From NCBI GenBank assembly GCA_963699245.1, contig OY969426.1, positions 1,326,316 through 1,390,315 on the forward strand: a stretch of DNA of 64,000 nucleotides, written 5' to 3'. This DNA comes from Thermoanaerobaculia bacterium (GTDB lineage: Bacteria > Acidobacteriota > Thermoanaerobaculia > Multivoradales > JAGPDF01). A program made the translations under genes and the position numbers. Below, piece after piece: positions 51,766-61,456 of this stretch. Under the pieces are notes generated by a model. It ran no database searches. It had not been told where the DNA came from and saw only the letters and a list, made by a program, of their open reading frames with translations. Numbering within the stretch: the first letter of the stretch is position 1; each line of letters opens with the position of its first letter.

Positions 51766-52606
51766 ATGAGCGCGCCGCAAACCGCCATCCGCGTCGGCCT
51801 GGCGCAGATCGATGCCCGCCTGGGCGACGTCGAGGCGAACCTCGAGAAGCACCTGGCGTGGATCGCGCGCGCTCGGAGCGAGGGGGTCGAGCTGCTGCTC
51901 TTCCCCGAGCTCTCGCTCACCGGCTACCGTCTCCTGCACCTGACGCCGCGAGTGGCGCTCCAGCCGGCGACCTCGCCGGTCATCGCCCAGCTCGCCGAGG
52001 CCGCGAACGGCATGTCGGTCGTCGTCGGCTGCGTCGAAGAGGACGAGCGCGGGTTCCTCTTCAACAGCGCGCTGCTGCTCGCAGGAGGGCCGGCTGGCGC
52101 TCACCCACCGCAAGCTCTACCTCCCCACCTACGGCATCTTCCAGGAGGGGCGCTTCTTCAGCGAAGGGAGCCGGCTGGCCCTGCCGCGCATCGCCGGCCA
52201 TCCATTCGGCCTGCTGATCTGCGAGGACTTCTGGCACTCCGATCCGGCCGAGCGGCTGGCGCGCGCCGGCGCCAAGCTGATCGCGCTCGTCTCGGCCGCG
52301 CCCGGCCGCGTCGGCTCCGAGGCGATGCCGCCCTCGCAGGAAGCCTGGGAGTCGCTGACCCGCGCCTCGGCGCTGCTCAACACCTGCTGGATCCTCTACT
52401 GCGGCCGGGTCGGCTGGGAGGAGGGGACCTTCTACACCGGCGGCAGCCACATCGTGCGCCCCGGCGGCGAGGTGCTCGCCCGCGCCCCCTATCTCGACGA
52501 GCACCTGCTGGTCGCCGACATCGACCTGCGCGAGGTCGACCGCCTGCGGTGGCGCCTGCCGATCCTCGCCGCCGAGCGCAACGACATCACGGGACCCGAG
52601 GAGTGA
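51766..52606 (+). CDS. Carbon-nitrogen hydrolase (nitrilase superfamily), frameshifted; probably the glutaminase partner of NadE
   Basis: MSAPQTAIRVGLAQIDARLGDVEANLEKHLAWIARARSEGVELLLFPELSLTGY…; the C-terminal part is in ORF 52325..52606. Confidence 0.6.
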
Positions 52607-52613
52607 GCGCCCC

Positions 52614-53451
52614 GTGATCCGCCGCGAAGAGGTCGCCGCGCGCCTGCGCCTGAACGCCGACCTCGCCGTCGACACGCTGGCGCACTTCCTGCGCGACGGC
52701 GTCGAGCAGGCCGGCGCCCAGGGCCTGGTCGTCGGGCTGTCGGGAGGAGTCGACTCGGCGCTCGCCGCCGCGCTGGCGGTGAAAGCGCTCGGGGCGCCGC
52801 GCGTTCACGCTTTCTTCCTGCCCTACCGCGAATCGAATCCGCTGTCGCGCACGCGACGCCGAGGCGGTCGCCGCGAAACTCGGCCTGGCGCTGCGGACGA
52901 TCGATCTCACGCCGCAGATCGACGCCTACTTCGCGACCGCCGAGCCCGACGCCGACCGCGTGCGGCGCGGCAACAAGATGGCGCGCGAGCGCATGGCGAT
53001 CCTCTTCGACCAGGCGAAGAAGCTCGGCTGCCTGGTGCTCGGCACCTCCAACAAGACCGAGATCCTGCTCGGCTACTCCACCGTCTTCGGCGACAACGCC
53101 TCGTCGCTCAACCCGAACGGGGACCTCTGGAAGGGGCAGGTCTGGCAGCTCGCCGAGCACCTCGGCATCCCGGACTCGGTGCTGCGCAAGAAGCCCTCGG
53201 CCGATCTCTGGCCCGGCCAGACCTCGGAGGGGGAGCTCGGCTTTCTCTACGCGATCGCCGACGAGGTGCTCTACCTGATGTTCGAGCTCGGCCTGCTGCC
53301 GGAGGAGATCGTCGAGCGCGGCTACCCGGCCGAGATCGTCGGCGAGATCGTCCGCCGCGAGAAGCAGAACCGCTACAAGCGACGGCTGATGCTGATCGCG
53401 CGCCTCTCCAACTCCGCCGTCAACCTCGACCGCGAGATTCCGCGCGACTGA
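52614..53451 (+). CDS. nadE: NAD+ synthetase, with one apparent frameshift
   Basis: …GLVVGLSGGVDSALAAALAVKALG… (PP-loop) in ORF 52614..; …MAILFDQAKKLGCLVLGTSNKTEILLGYSTVFGD… in ORF 52960..53451. Confidence 0.75.
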
Positions 53452-53746
53452 GCGCCCGCGCCGCCGCGGCCTCGCCGCGGCGCTGGCGCTCTTCGAGCCG
53501 GTGGCTGTCCGCCGCCCGCAGGTCGAGGCCGTAGACGGCGCGCAGAGTCTCGATTTCGCGCAGCGTCTCGGGCGAGAAGGGCGCCTTGCCCTCGAAGGCG
53601 TGCAGCACGATCCCCTCGAGCAGGTCGCCGAGTGAGAGGTCCTTCAGCTCGGCAACTCCCTTCAGCACCTTGAGCAGGCGTTTCTCGAGCCGAACGCCGG
53701 TCTGCACCCGCTCGACGACGCGGGCCGGCTCCGCTGCCCGCTTCAC
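53420..53746 (-). CDS. Ribbon-helix-helix (CopG/Arc-like) small DNA-binding protein
   Basis: The GTG at 53746 overlaps the upstream gene's TGA (GTGA); …VRLEKRLLKVLKGVAELKDLSLGDLLEGIVLHAF… has the RHH pattern. Confidence 0.45.
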   Translation of the reverse strand: MKRAAEPARVVERVQTGVRLEKRLLKVLKGVAELKDLSLGDLLEGIVLHAFEGKAPFSPETLREIETLRAVYGLDLRAADSHRLEERQRRGEAAAARALSRAESRGRG

Positions 53747-54243
53747 GCCCGGCTCCCGGCGGCGCGCAGGATCTCGCCGGTGCGCAGCCAGTGGTTCATC
53801 GAGCGCTCCCACCAGGCCATGTCGCGCCGGAAGCCCTCCTCCGACGCGGTTGCCTGCAGGAAGTCGCGGCCGGCGGCGCCGAGCGGCGTGAAGGTGTAGG
53901 TGATGTGGACTTCACTGCCGTCCATCCCCCGCGGCGCAACGGCGATCGCGAGCCGCGTCGCCACCAGGCCCGTCGTGACGCGGACGAATTCGACGGTGCC
54001 CGCCGCCGGATCGTGGCGGGAGATCACCCAGACCGTCTCCGGGCGGCCAGAGACCACCGTCCTGAAGACGCAGCCTTCCTCGGCCACGCCGGAGTCCGAA
54101 TGGATCAACTCCATTCCGTCGCTCCAGCCGTCGAGCCACTCGCCTTCGCGGACCGGACAGAGGAGCGGGAAGACCGCCCCCGGCGGCGCCTCGATCTGCT
54201 GCGTGTAGGTGCGCGTGATGCGTCCGGAATCGACGCGGGGCAT
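53743..54243 (-). CDS. SRPBCC-superfamily (polyketide-cyclase/AHSA1-like) hypothetical protein, 166 aa
   Basis: MPRVDSGRITRTYTQQIEAPPGAVFPLLCPVREGEWLDGW… is the C-terminal in-frame segment of ORF 53743..55371. Confidence 0.5.
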   Translation of the reverse strand: MPRVDSGRITRTYTQQIEAPPGAVFPLLCPVREGEWLDGWSDGMELIHSDSGVAEEGCVFRTVVSGRPETVWVISRHDPAAGTVEFVRVTTGLVATRLAIAVAPRGMDGSEVHITYTFTPLGAAGRDFLQATASEEGFRRDMAWWERSMNHWLRTGEILRAAGSRA

Positions 54244-54343
54244 GGCTCCTCCTCGAGAGTGGCGCGCTGGCGACCACGGTACTCTAGTACCTTGGTACAG
54301 CGACGTCAACCCGCTGGAGAGCGAAGAACCACCGGCCCCAAGC

Positions 54344-55371
54344 TCAGCTCGCGGCGAAGAGCCCCGAGTTCCGCTGCTCGAGATCGAGCAGGAAGCGCTT
54401 GCGCCAGAGCCCGCCGCCGTAGCCGCCGAGCTCGCCGCCCTTGTTGACCACCCGGTGGCAGGGGATGACGATGGCGATCCGGTTGCGCCCGTTGGCCTGG
54501 CCGACGGCGCGCGAACCGCCCGGGCGGCCGACGGCGCGCGCCAGGTCCTCGTAAGACCGGGTCTCGCCGTAGGGGATCCGGCGCAGCTCCCCCCAGACCG
54601 ATTCCTCGAACTGGCGTCCCCGGCTCGTCGAGCGGCAGGTCGAAGTCGCGCCGCCTTCCTGCGAAGTACTCGACGAGCTGCGCGCTTGGCGCGCTCGATC
54701 ATGCTTGTTGGTACCCGGCACCAGCGGCCGAGCCAAGCCGCTTGCGCAGCGTCGTCGAGCTGCGTCTCGAGCGCGCGCCGGTCGGTGAACTCGAGCAGCG
54801 CGACCCCCGCTCGGTCGGCGCCGAGCAGCAGCGGCCCGACCGGGCTTTCGACCCAGGCGACGCGCACGCAGTCGGCCTCCTTCGCCTTGCCGGGAGCGGC
54901 GCCGAAGGTCTTCGCGAATGCCTCGCGGAAGCCGCTCGCCGATTCGTAGCCGGCGTCCCAGCCGGCGTCCTCGGGGCGCTCGCCGCGACGGATCAGCTCG
55001 AGCGCGCCCCCCAAGCGGCGGGCGCGGCGATAGGCGTGAAAGGTCATGCCGTACTCCTTCTGGAAGAAGCGGCGCACCCGCGCCGGCTCGATGCCGCGCT
55101 GGCGCAGCTCGGTGTCGTTGAGACGGACCGACGGATCGCGCTCGATCTCGGAGAGCAGCCCCGCCACCCACTCTGGCGGCCGGCCGTCGGTGTCGAGCGG
55201 CCGGCAGCGCTTGCAGGGACGGAAGCCGGCGAACAGCGCCTCTTTCGGCGTCGGGTAGTAGACGACGTTCTCCGGCTTCGGCTTCTTCGCCGGGCAGGAG
55301 GGGCGGCAGAAGATGCCGGTGGTCTTGACCGCGAGGAAGAAGACGCCGTCGTAGGAGGCGTCGCGCGCCAT
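54344..55371 (-). CDS. ada: Bifunctional Ada-type regulator / O6-methylguanine-DNA methyltransferase, frameshifted
   Basis: The N-terminal part (MARDASYDGVFFLAVKTTGIFCRPSCPAKKPKPENV… with AraC HTH) is in ORF 53743..55371. The C-terminal MGMT domain (…IPYGETRSYEDLARAVG…VIPCHRVVNKGGELGGYGGG…) is in ORF 54344..56080. Confidence 0.7.
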
Positions 55372-55498
55372 CGCTGGCGCGCTCCATCTCGCGCTGCGTG
55401 GGGAGGGGAGCGTTCATGCGGTGAACCCGTATTCTGCTCCCGGCCGGCACTGCCACCGATTTTCGGACATCAAATCCGCCGCCTGTAGGATCGCGAAC

Positions 55499-56185
55499 GT
55501 GTCCGGCCGCCTGCTCGTCGTCGCCACGCCGATCGGCAACCTGGAGGATCTCTCGCCGCGCGCGACGAAGGCCCTCGCCGAGGCCGACCTCGTCGCCTGC
55601 GAGGACACCCGTCACTCCGGCCGGCTGCTCGCCCACCTCGGGATCCGGAAGCGTCTGGTCTCGCTCCACGAGCACAACGAGCGGCGGCGGATCCCGGAGC
55701 TGGTCGCCGCGCTCGCCGGGGGCGCGACGATCGCGGTGGTCTCGGACGCCGGCACGCCGCTGCTCTCCGACCCCGGCTTCCCGCTGGTGCGCGCGGCGCT
55801 CGAAGCGGGCGCGACGGGTCGAAGCCGATCCCCGGGTCCGTCGGCGATCCTGACCGCGCTGGTCGCCTCGGGCCTCCCCCCCTACCCGTTCACTTTCGCC
55901 GGCTTCCCGCCGCCGAAGAGCGGCAAGCGCCGCACCTTCTACCGCCGCTTCGGCTCGCTCGGTCACACGCTGGTCGTCTACGAATCCCCGCACCGGCTGG
56001 TCGCCAGCCTGGAGGACGCCGTCGCCGAGCTGGGCGCCGACCGCCCCGCCGCGCTGGCGCGCGAGCTGACCAAGCTGCACGAGGAAATCGTGCGCGGCCC
56101 GCTGGGCGAGCTCGCCGCCTGGGCGCGCGAGCGCAAGTTGCTCGGCGAGTTCGTGTTGGTCGTGGCCGGCGCCGAAGCGGGCTAA
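55499..56185 (+). CDS. rsmI: 16S rRNA (cytidine1402-2'-O)-methyltransferase
   Basis: GTG start VSGRLLVVATPIGNLEDLSPRATKALAEADLVACEDTRHSGRLL…. Confidence 0.75.
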   Translation: MSGRLLVVATPIGNLEDLSPRATKALAEADLVACEDTRHSGRLLAHLGIRKRLVSLHEHNERRRIPELVAALAGGATIAVVSDAGTPLLSDPGFPLVRAALEAGATGRSRSPGPSAILTALVASGLPPYPFTFAGFPPPKSGKRRTFYRRFGSLGHTLVVYESPHRLVASLEDAVAELGADRPAALARELTKLHEEIVRGPLGELAAWARERKLLGEFVLVVAGAEAG

Positions 56186-56221
56186 CTCACCGGCGCCGGC
56201 GAAGATTCGTCGCGCGCTGGA

Positions 56222-56614
56222 TCAGAGCTGGACGAAACGGTGCCCGGCGGCCGCGAGGGTCGATTCCGCGCGCGTGCGGTCGGCGGACCGGACCAGCAGA
56301 TAGTCGGTGTCGAAGGTCGCGAGCGAGAAGATCGGGATGTGCGCGGCCGCGAGCGGCGCGGCGATCGAGGCCAGAACGCCGGTGAGCGAGAGATCCATGC
56401 TCCCCGCCACCCGCAGCAGCGCGTAGGGCCCTTCGGTACGGCTCTCTTCCGGCGCTTCCTCGGCAAGACAGACGACCGACAGCTCGTCGACCGTGCGGGT
56501 GATCGACATGAAGGGTCCGCGCGGCATCGAGCTCAGGCGCGCGTGCGGATCGAGCTGGCAGATGGCGTACTCCCCCTCGATCCAGTGCAGCTCGAGGCGA
56601 TGGTTCGTGGTCAC
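56222..56614 (-). CDS. ACT-domain protein
   Basis: 130 aa; …ICQLDP…ITRTVDELSVVC…LTGVLASIAAPLAAAHIPIFSLATFDTDYLLV…. Confidence 0.55.
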   Translation of the reverse strand: MTTNHRLELHWIEGEYAICQLDPHARLSSMPRGPFMSITRTVDELSVVCLAEEAPEESRTEGPYALLRVAGSMDLSLTGVLASIAAPLAAAHIPIFSLATFDTDYLLVRSADRTRAESTLAAAGHRFVQL

Positions 56615-56617
56615 GGC

Positions 56618-57709
56618 TCAGAGCCTTTCGGAGATCCAGCAGCCGCCGAGGACGCGGCTCCCCTGGTAGAAGACCGCCGCCTGCCCGGGCGCGACGCCGC
56701 GCTGCGGTTCGGCGAAGTCGACCTCGACGCGCCCCTCGGGGCGCGGGCGGACGAGCGCCGGCACGCCGGCGTGGCGCGAACGGATCTTCACCGTCGCCTC
56801 GACCGCATCCGCCGGCGGCGGGCCGATCCAGTGCAACCGCTCGCCGGCGAGGCCGGGCGCCATCAGATCCGCCTCGGCGCCGACCACCACCGCGTTCTCC
56901 TCCGGCACGACCTGGAGCACGTAGAGCCGGCGGTCCGAGGGGACGCCGAGCCCGCGGCGCTGGCCGACGGTGTAGCGGTAGTAGGGCTCGGCGTGGCCGA
57001 GCTCGCGCCCTGCGCGGTCGAGGACGCGCGCCGGCTCGGCCGCCACGGCGCCGAAACGCTCCGGTCGCGCCGCCGCCTCGCGCTCGACGAACTCGCGAAC
57101 TTCGCCGTCCACGAAGCAGACCTCCATCGACTCGTCCTTGTCGCAGACCACGAGGCCGGCGCGGCGAGCGATCTCGCGCACCTCGACCTTGGTCCGCTCG
57201 CCGAGCGGGAAGCGGGTGAAAGCGAGCTGCTCCGGCGTCAGCTCGAAGAGGAAATAGCTCTGGTCCTTGTCGGCGTCGGCCCCGGCGTGCAGCTCCGGTC
57301 CTTCGGGGCCTTCGACGATGCGCGCGTAGTGGCCGGTGGCGAGCGCCGAAGCGCCGATCCGCCGCGCTTTCTCGATCAGCAGGTCGAACTTGACGAAGGT
57401 GTTGCAGCGCACGCAGGGCGACGGAGTGCGGCCGGCCAGGTAGTCCTCGACGAAGGGATCGACGACGTCGCGCCGGAACTCCTCGTCCATGCGCAGCGTG
57501 TAGTGCGGAATGCCGGCCTGCGCCGCGGCGCGCCGCGCGTCACCGAGGTCGAGCGCGCCGCAGCAGCGGCCGTTGCGGACCTCGGTCGAGCGGTCCCAGA
57601 GCAGCATCGAGAGGCCGACCACCGGCTCGCCGCCGCGCGACAGCAGCCAGGCGGCGACGCTCGAGTCGAGCCCGCCGCTCATCGCCACCGCGGTCAGGTT
57701 GGACGACAT
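56618..57709 (-). CDS. mnmA: tRNA-specific 2-thiouridylase
   Basis: MSSNLTAVAMSGGLDSSVAAWLL (PP-loop SGGxDS)…CVRCNTFVKF…. Confidence 0.85.
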   Translation of the reverse strand: MSSNLTAVAMSGGLDSSVAAWLLSRGGEPVVGLSMLLWDRSTEVRNGRCCGALDLGDARRAAAQAGIPHYTLRMDEEFRRDVVDPFVEDYLAGRTPSPCVRCNTFVKFDLLIEKARRIGASALATGHYARIVEGPEGPELHAGADADKDQSYFLFELTPEQLAFTRFPLGERTKVEVREIARRAGLVVCDKDESMEVCFVDGEVREFVEREAAARPERFGAVAAEPARVLDRAGRELGHAEPYYRYTVGQRRGLGVPSDRRLYVLQVVPEENAVVVGAEADLMAPGLAGERLHWIGPPPADAVEATVKIRSRHAGVPALVRPRPEGRVEVDFAEPQRGVAPGQAAVFYQGSRVLGGCWISERL

Positions 57710-57713
57710 CGAC

Positions 57714-58940
57714 TCAGCTCCGCGCCGGCGCCAGGGCGCGCAGCGACGCGACCTCGGCCGCGAGGAGGGCAAGGAAGTCGTCGATCTCTTCGACCGTGTT
57801 CTCGGTTCCGAAGGAGATGCGCAGCGAGGCGAGCGCCACTTCGACCGGCAGCCCGAGCGCGAGCAGCATGGCGCTCGGCTGCAGCGTCCCCGAGCCGCAG
57901 GCGGCGCCGGTCGACACGGCGTAGCCGGCGAGGTCGAGGCGCATCATCAACTCCTGGTTGACGGTGCCGAGGAACGCCGCGTTGGTCGTGTGCGGCACGC
58001 GCGGCGCGCCGGCGCCGTGGACCACGACGTCGCCGATCGCGCCGAGGCCGCGCTCGAAGCGGTCGCGCAATTCGGCGAGTCGCGCTGCGCGCGCGGGAAG
58101 CTCCTGGCGCGCCAGCTCGCAGGCGCGGCCGAAGCCGACCAGCGCCGGCACGTTGGCGGTCGAAGCCCGGCGCTGGCGCTCCTGGCCGCCGCCGACGAGG
58201 AAGGAATCGAAGGCGGCGCCGGGACGGACCCAGAGCGCCGCGGCGCCGAGCGGCCCGTGGAACTTGTGCGCGCCGAGCGTCAGGTAGTCGACGCCGAGCT
58301 CCTGCGCCGACACCGGGATCTTCCCCGCCGCCTGCACCGCGTCGCAGAGCACCGGAATGCCGCGCTCGGCGCAGAGCCGCGCCACTTCGGCCACCGGCTG
58401 GATCGTGCCGAGCTCGTTGTTGACCAGCATCAGCGCCACGAAACGCGTCTCGGGTCCGATCGCCGCCGCGAAGCCTTCGACCGGGACGACGCCGTCGCTG
58501 GCCGGGGCGATCCGACGGATTTCGATGCCGGACGAGGGTCCCCACGCTTCGAGCGCGCGCGGAATCGACGGATGCTCGATTCCCGAGATCACTGCCTGGC
58601 CGCCCCGGCCGGCGCGCAGGAGCGCCGCTACCACGGCATTGTTGGCCTCGGTGCCGGAAGCGGTGAAGACGATCTCGTCCGGCTGCGCGTCGACGAGCGA
58701 CGCGACGGCCGCCCGCGCCGCTTCGACCGCCTCGCGCGCCGCCTGGCCGAAGCGATGGGCCGAGGCGGCGTTGCCCCACATTCCGTCGAGCCAGGGGAGC
58801 ATCGCTTCGCGCACCCGCGGATCGAGCGGAGTCGTGGCATTGTTGTCGAAATAGACGGACCGGACGGCGCTCACGGCGGCGATACTAGCGCCCCTCCGGC
58901 ACCGGAACTGCAGGCGAGGAGCCGGATGACGATTCGACAC
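57714..58940 (-). CDS. Cysteine desulfurase (NifS/IscS-type class V aminotransferase)
   Basis: …VYFDNNATTPLDPRVREAMLPWL…SGIEHPS…LTLGAHKFHGP…; the start may be downstream of the listed ATG. Confidence 0.8.
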   Translation of the reverse strand: MSNRHPAPRLQFRCRRGASIAAVSAVRSVYFDNNATTPLDPRVREAMLPWLDGMWGNAASAHRFGQAAREAVEAARAAVASLVDAQPDEIVFTASGTEANNAVVAALLRAGRGGQAVISGIEHPSIPRALEAWGPSSGIEIRRIAPASDGVVPVEGFAAAIGPETRFVALMLVNNELGTIQPVAEVARLCAERGIPVLCDAVQAAGKIPVSAQELGVDYLTLGAHKFHGPLGAAALWVRPGAAFDSFLVGGGQERQRRASTANVPALVGFGRACELARQELPARAARLAELRDRFERGLGAIGDVVVHGAGAPRVPHTTNAAFLGTVNQELMMRLDLAGYAVSTGAACGSGTLQPSAMLLALGLPVEVALASLRISFGTENTVEEIDDFLALLAAEVASLRALAPARS

Positions 58941-58969
58941 CCGCGACGCCCTCTCGTCCCGGGCCTGGG

Positions 58970-61456
58970 TTGCTGGCGGCCTTGACGCTGGCGCTGGCGA
59001 CGGCCGCCGCGGCGGGACCGCCCCCCATTCCCCCCGATCTGCCGGCGGAGTACCGCCAGTGGCTCGAGGAGGTCGAGCCGATCCTCTCGCCCGCCGAGCG
59101 CGCGGCCTTCCTCAAGCTCGAGAAGGACTACCAGCGCGACGCTTTCATCGAGAAGTTCTGGCAGGTGCGCGACCCCTACCCGGACACGGCGCGCAACGAG
59201 GCGCGCGACGCCTGGGAGTCGCGCCTCGCCCAGGCGCGGGAGGAGTTCCCCAGCCTCGACGAGGAGCGGGCGCGGCTCTTCCTGCTCAACGGCCCCCCGA
59301 CCGCACGGCTCAAGGCGAGGTGCACCTCGCTCTGGCCGATGGACGTCTGGGCCTATGCGCCGACCGAGCGCATTCCCGAGCCGCTGGTGCTGATCTTCGT
59401 GCAGCGCTTCGGGCAGGGGCGCTATTCGCTCTGGGTCCCGCAGGAGGGGCTCGCCGCGCTCTTCCAGTTCGCGCCGCCCGACGGTCGCCAACGACCGGCT
59501 GCTGCAGGAGATCGCGGACGGCTGCAGCCAGACCAACGGGCTGGCGGGCGCCATCGCCTCGGTGATGCGACAGCAGCAGATGCACTACACCCTGCTCGTC
59601 TCGCGCGCCGAGCGGCCGGTGGAGCCCCCCTCGCGCGAGTGGGTGGCGACCTTCAACTCCTATTCGACCGACCTCGCCGCCGGCGTGCCGCCGCTCCCCG
59701 CCGAGCTCGGCGTGAGCTTCCCCGGCCGCCGCCAGAACCGGACGATCGTGCAGGCGACGCTGGCCGTGCCGGCGGCCTCGACCGGCGTCGCCGCGCTCGA
59801 GGGGAGCCGCTCCTACAACTTCCTGCTCAACGGCGAGATCCTGCTCGGCAAGAAGCTCTTCGACGCCTTCCGCTACAAGTTCGACCTGCCGGCGGCGAGC
59901 GTCACCACGCCGTCGATCCCGCTCGTCTTCGAGCGCTTCCTCCGCCCCGGCACCTACAAGCTGATCGTCAAGCTCGAGGACCTGAACGGCCACGGCTTCT
60001 TCCGGGAGGAGCGCGTCCTCGAAGTGCCCCAGCTCGGCGACCAGCCGGTGACCGCGACGATCGACGACGAGACCTCGAAGCTGCTCGTCGAGGCCAACGC
60101 CGCGCTCTCGACGCTCGACAACACGATCCAGATCGTCCGCCCGCGCAACGAGATCCAGTCGGGACTGGTGCGCTTCGACACGCTGATCACCGGCAGCGCC
60201 ATCAGCGAAGTCGAGTTCTGGCTCGACGGCCGCTCGATCCTGCGCAAGAACCGGCCGCCCTTCTCGGTCGAGCTCGACCTCGGCGACGTGCCGCGCACGC
60301 GCACGCTGCGCGCCGTCGGCTTCGACGCCGAGGGGCACGATGTGGCCTCCGACGAGGAGCTGCTCAACGCCAGCCCGCACCGCTTCTCCGTCCGGCTGGT
60401 CGAGCCGCGCCGGGGCAAGCGCTACACGCAGAGCCTGCGCGCCGAGGCGAAGGTCGAGCTGCCCGAGGAGGGCACCGTCGAGCGGGTCGAGTTCTACCTC
60501 AACGAAACCCTGGTCTCGACGCTCTACCAGGAGCCCTGGACGCAGCCCGATCCTGCTGCCGCCCGAACGGCGAGATCGCCTACGTGCGCGCCGTCGCCTA
60601 CCTGACCGACGGCAACTCGACCGAGGACCTCGTCTTCGTCAACGCGCCCGACAACCTCGAGGAGCTCGAGATCCAGTTCGTCGAGCTCTTCACCGCCGTT
60701 CTCGACCGCGACCACCGGCCGGCGCCCGGGCTCGAGCGCTCCGACTTCAAGGTCACCGAGGACGGCGTGCCGCAGGAGCTGACGCGGTTCGAGAAGGTCG
60801 AGAGCCTGCCGGTGCACGTCGCCGTGCTGCTCGACACCTCGGCGTCGATGGAGCCCAACCTCACGGCGGCGCGCGACGCCGCCCTGCGCTTCTTCCAGCA
60901 GGTCGTGACGCCCAAGGACCGCGCCGCGCTGATCCCGTTCAACGACCGGCCGTCGCTGGCGGTGAAGATGACCAACCGCCTCGACGACCTCGGCGCCGGG
61001 CTCGCCGGCCTCAAGGCCGAGCGCGGCACGGCGCTCTACGATTCGGTCGTCTTCTCGCTCTTCTACTTCAACGGCATCAAGGGGCAGCGCGCGCTGCTGG
61101 TGCTGTCGGACGGCAAGGACGAGAACAGCAAGTTCCGCTTCGACCAGACGCTCGACTTCGCCCGCCGCGCCGGCGTGGCGATCTACACCATCGGCCTGGA
61201 CATCTCGCGCGGCGAGTTCGAGACCCGGCGGGTGCTCAAGACGCTGGCCGACGAGACCGGCGGGCGCAGCTTCTTCGTCTCCGACGGCGCCGAGCTCCCC
61301 GCGATCTACGACGACATCCAGCGCGAGCTCCGCTCGCGCTACCTGCTCGCCTACCAGTCGACCAACACCGATCGCAGCCTCAAGTTCCGCTCGGTCGAGG
61401 TCAAGGTGGACAAGCCGGGGCTCGAGGCGAAGACGATGCGCGGCTACTACCCCTGA
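58970..61456 (+). CDS. Large secreted protein with a C-terminal VWA domain (TIGR03436-like VWFA-related Acidobacterial family), paralog 1, with two apparent frameshifts
   Basis: Signal peptide MLAALTLALATAAAAG; …FLKLEKDYQRDAFIEKFWQVRDPYPDT…; the middle is in ORF 59562..60605; the C-terminal VWA (…VAVLLDTSASM…LVLSDGKDE…) ends in …TMRGYYP. Frame changes occur near 59490 and 60550. Confidence 0.7.
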   Translation: MLAALTLALATAAAAGPPPIPPDLPAEYRQWLEEVEPILSPAERAAFLKLEKDYQRDAFIEKFWQVRDPYPDTARNEARDAWESRLAQAREEFPSLDEERARLFLLNGPPTARLKARCTSLWPMDVWAYAPTERIPEPLVLIFVQRFGQGRYSLWVPQEGLAALFQFAPPDGRQRPAAAGDRGRLQPDQRAGGRHRLGDATAADALHPARLARRAAGGAPLARVGGDLQLLFDRPRRRRAAAPRRARRELPRPPPEPDDRAGDAGRAGGLDRRRRARGEPLLQLPAQRRDPARQEALRRLPLQVRPAGGERHHAVDPARLRALPPPRHLQADRQARGPERPRLLPGGARPRSAPARRPAGDRDDRRRDLEAARRGQRRALDARQHDPDRPPAQRDPVGTGALRHADHRQRHQRSRVLARRPLDPAQEPAALLGRARPRRRAAHAHAARRRLRRRGARCGLRRGAAQRQPAPLLRPAGRAAPGQALHAEPARRGEGRAARGGHRRAGRVLPQRNPGLDALPGALDAARSCCRPNGEIAYVRAVAYLTDGNSTEDLVFVNAPDNLEELEIQFVELFTAVLDRDHRPAPGLERSDFKVTEDGVPQELTRFEKVESLPVHVAVLLDTSASMEPNLTAARDAALRFFQQVVTPKDRAALIPFNDRPSLAVKMTNRLDDLGAGLAGLKAERGTALYDSVVFSLFYFNGIKGQRALLVLSDGKDENSKFRFDQTLDFARRAGVAIYTIGLDISRGEFETRRVLKTLADETGGRSFFVSDGAELPAIYDDIQRELRSRYLLAYQSTNTDRSLKFRSVEVKVDKPGLEAKTMRGYYP

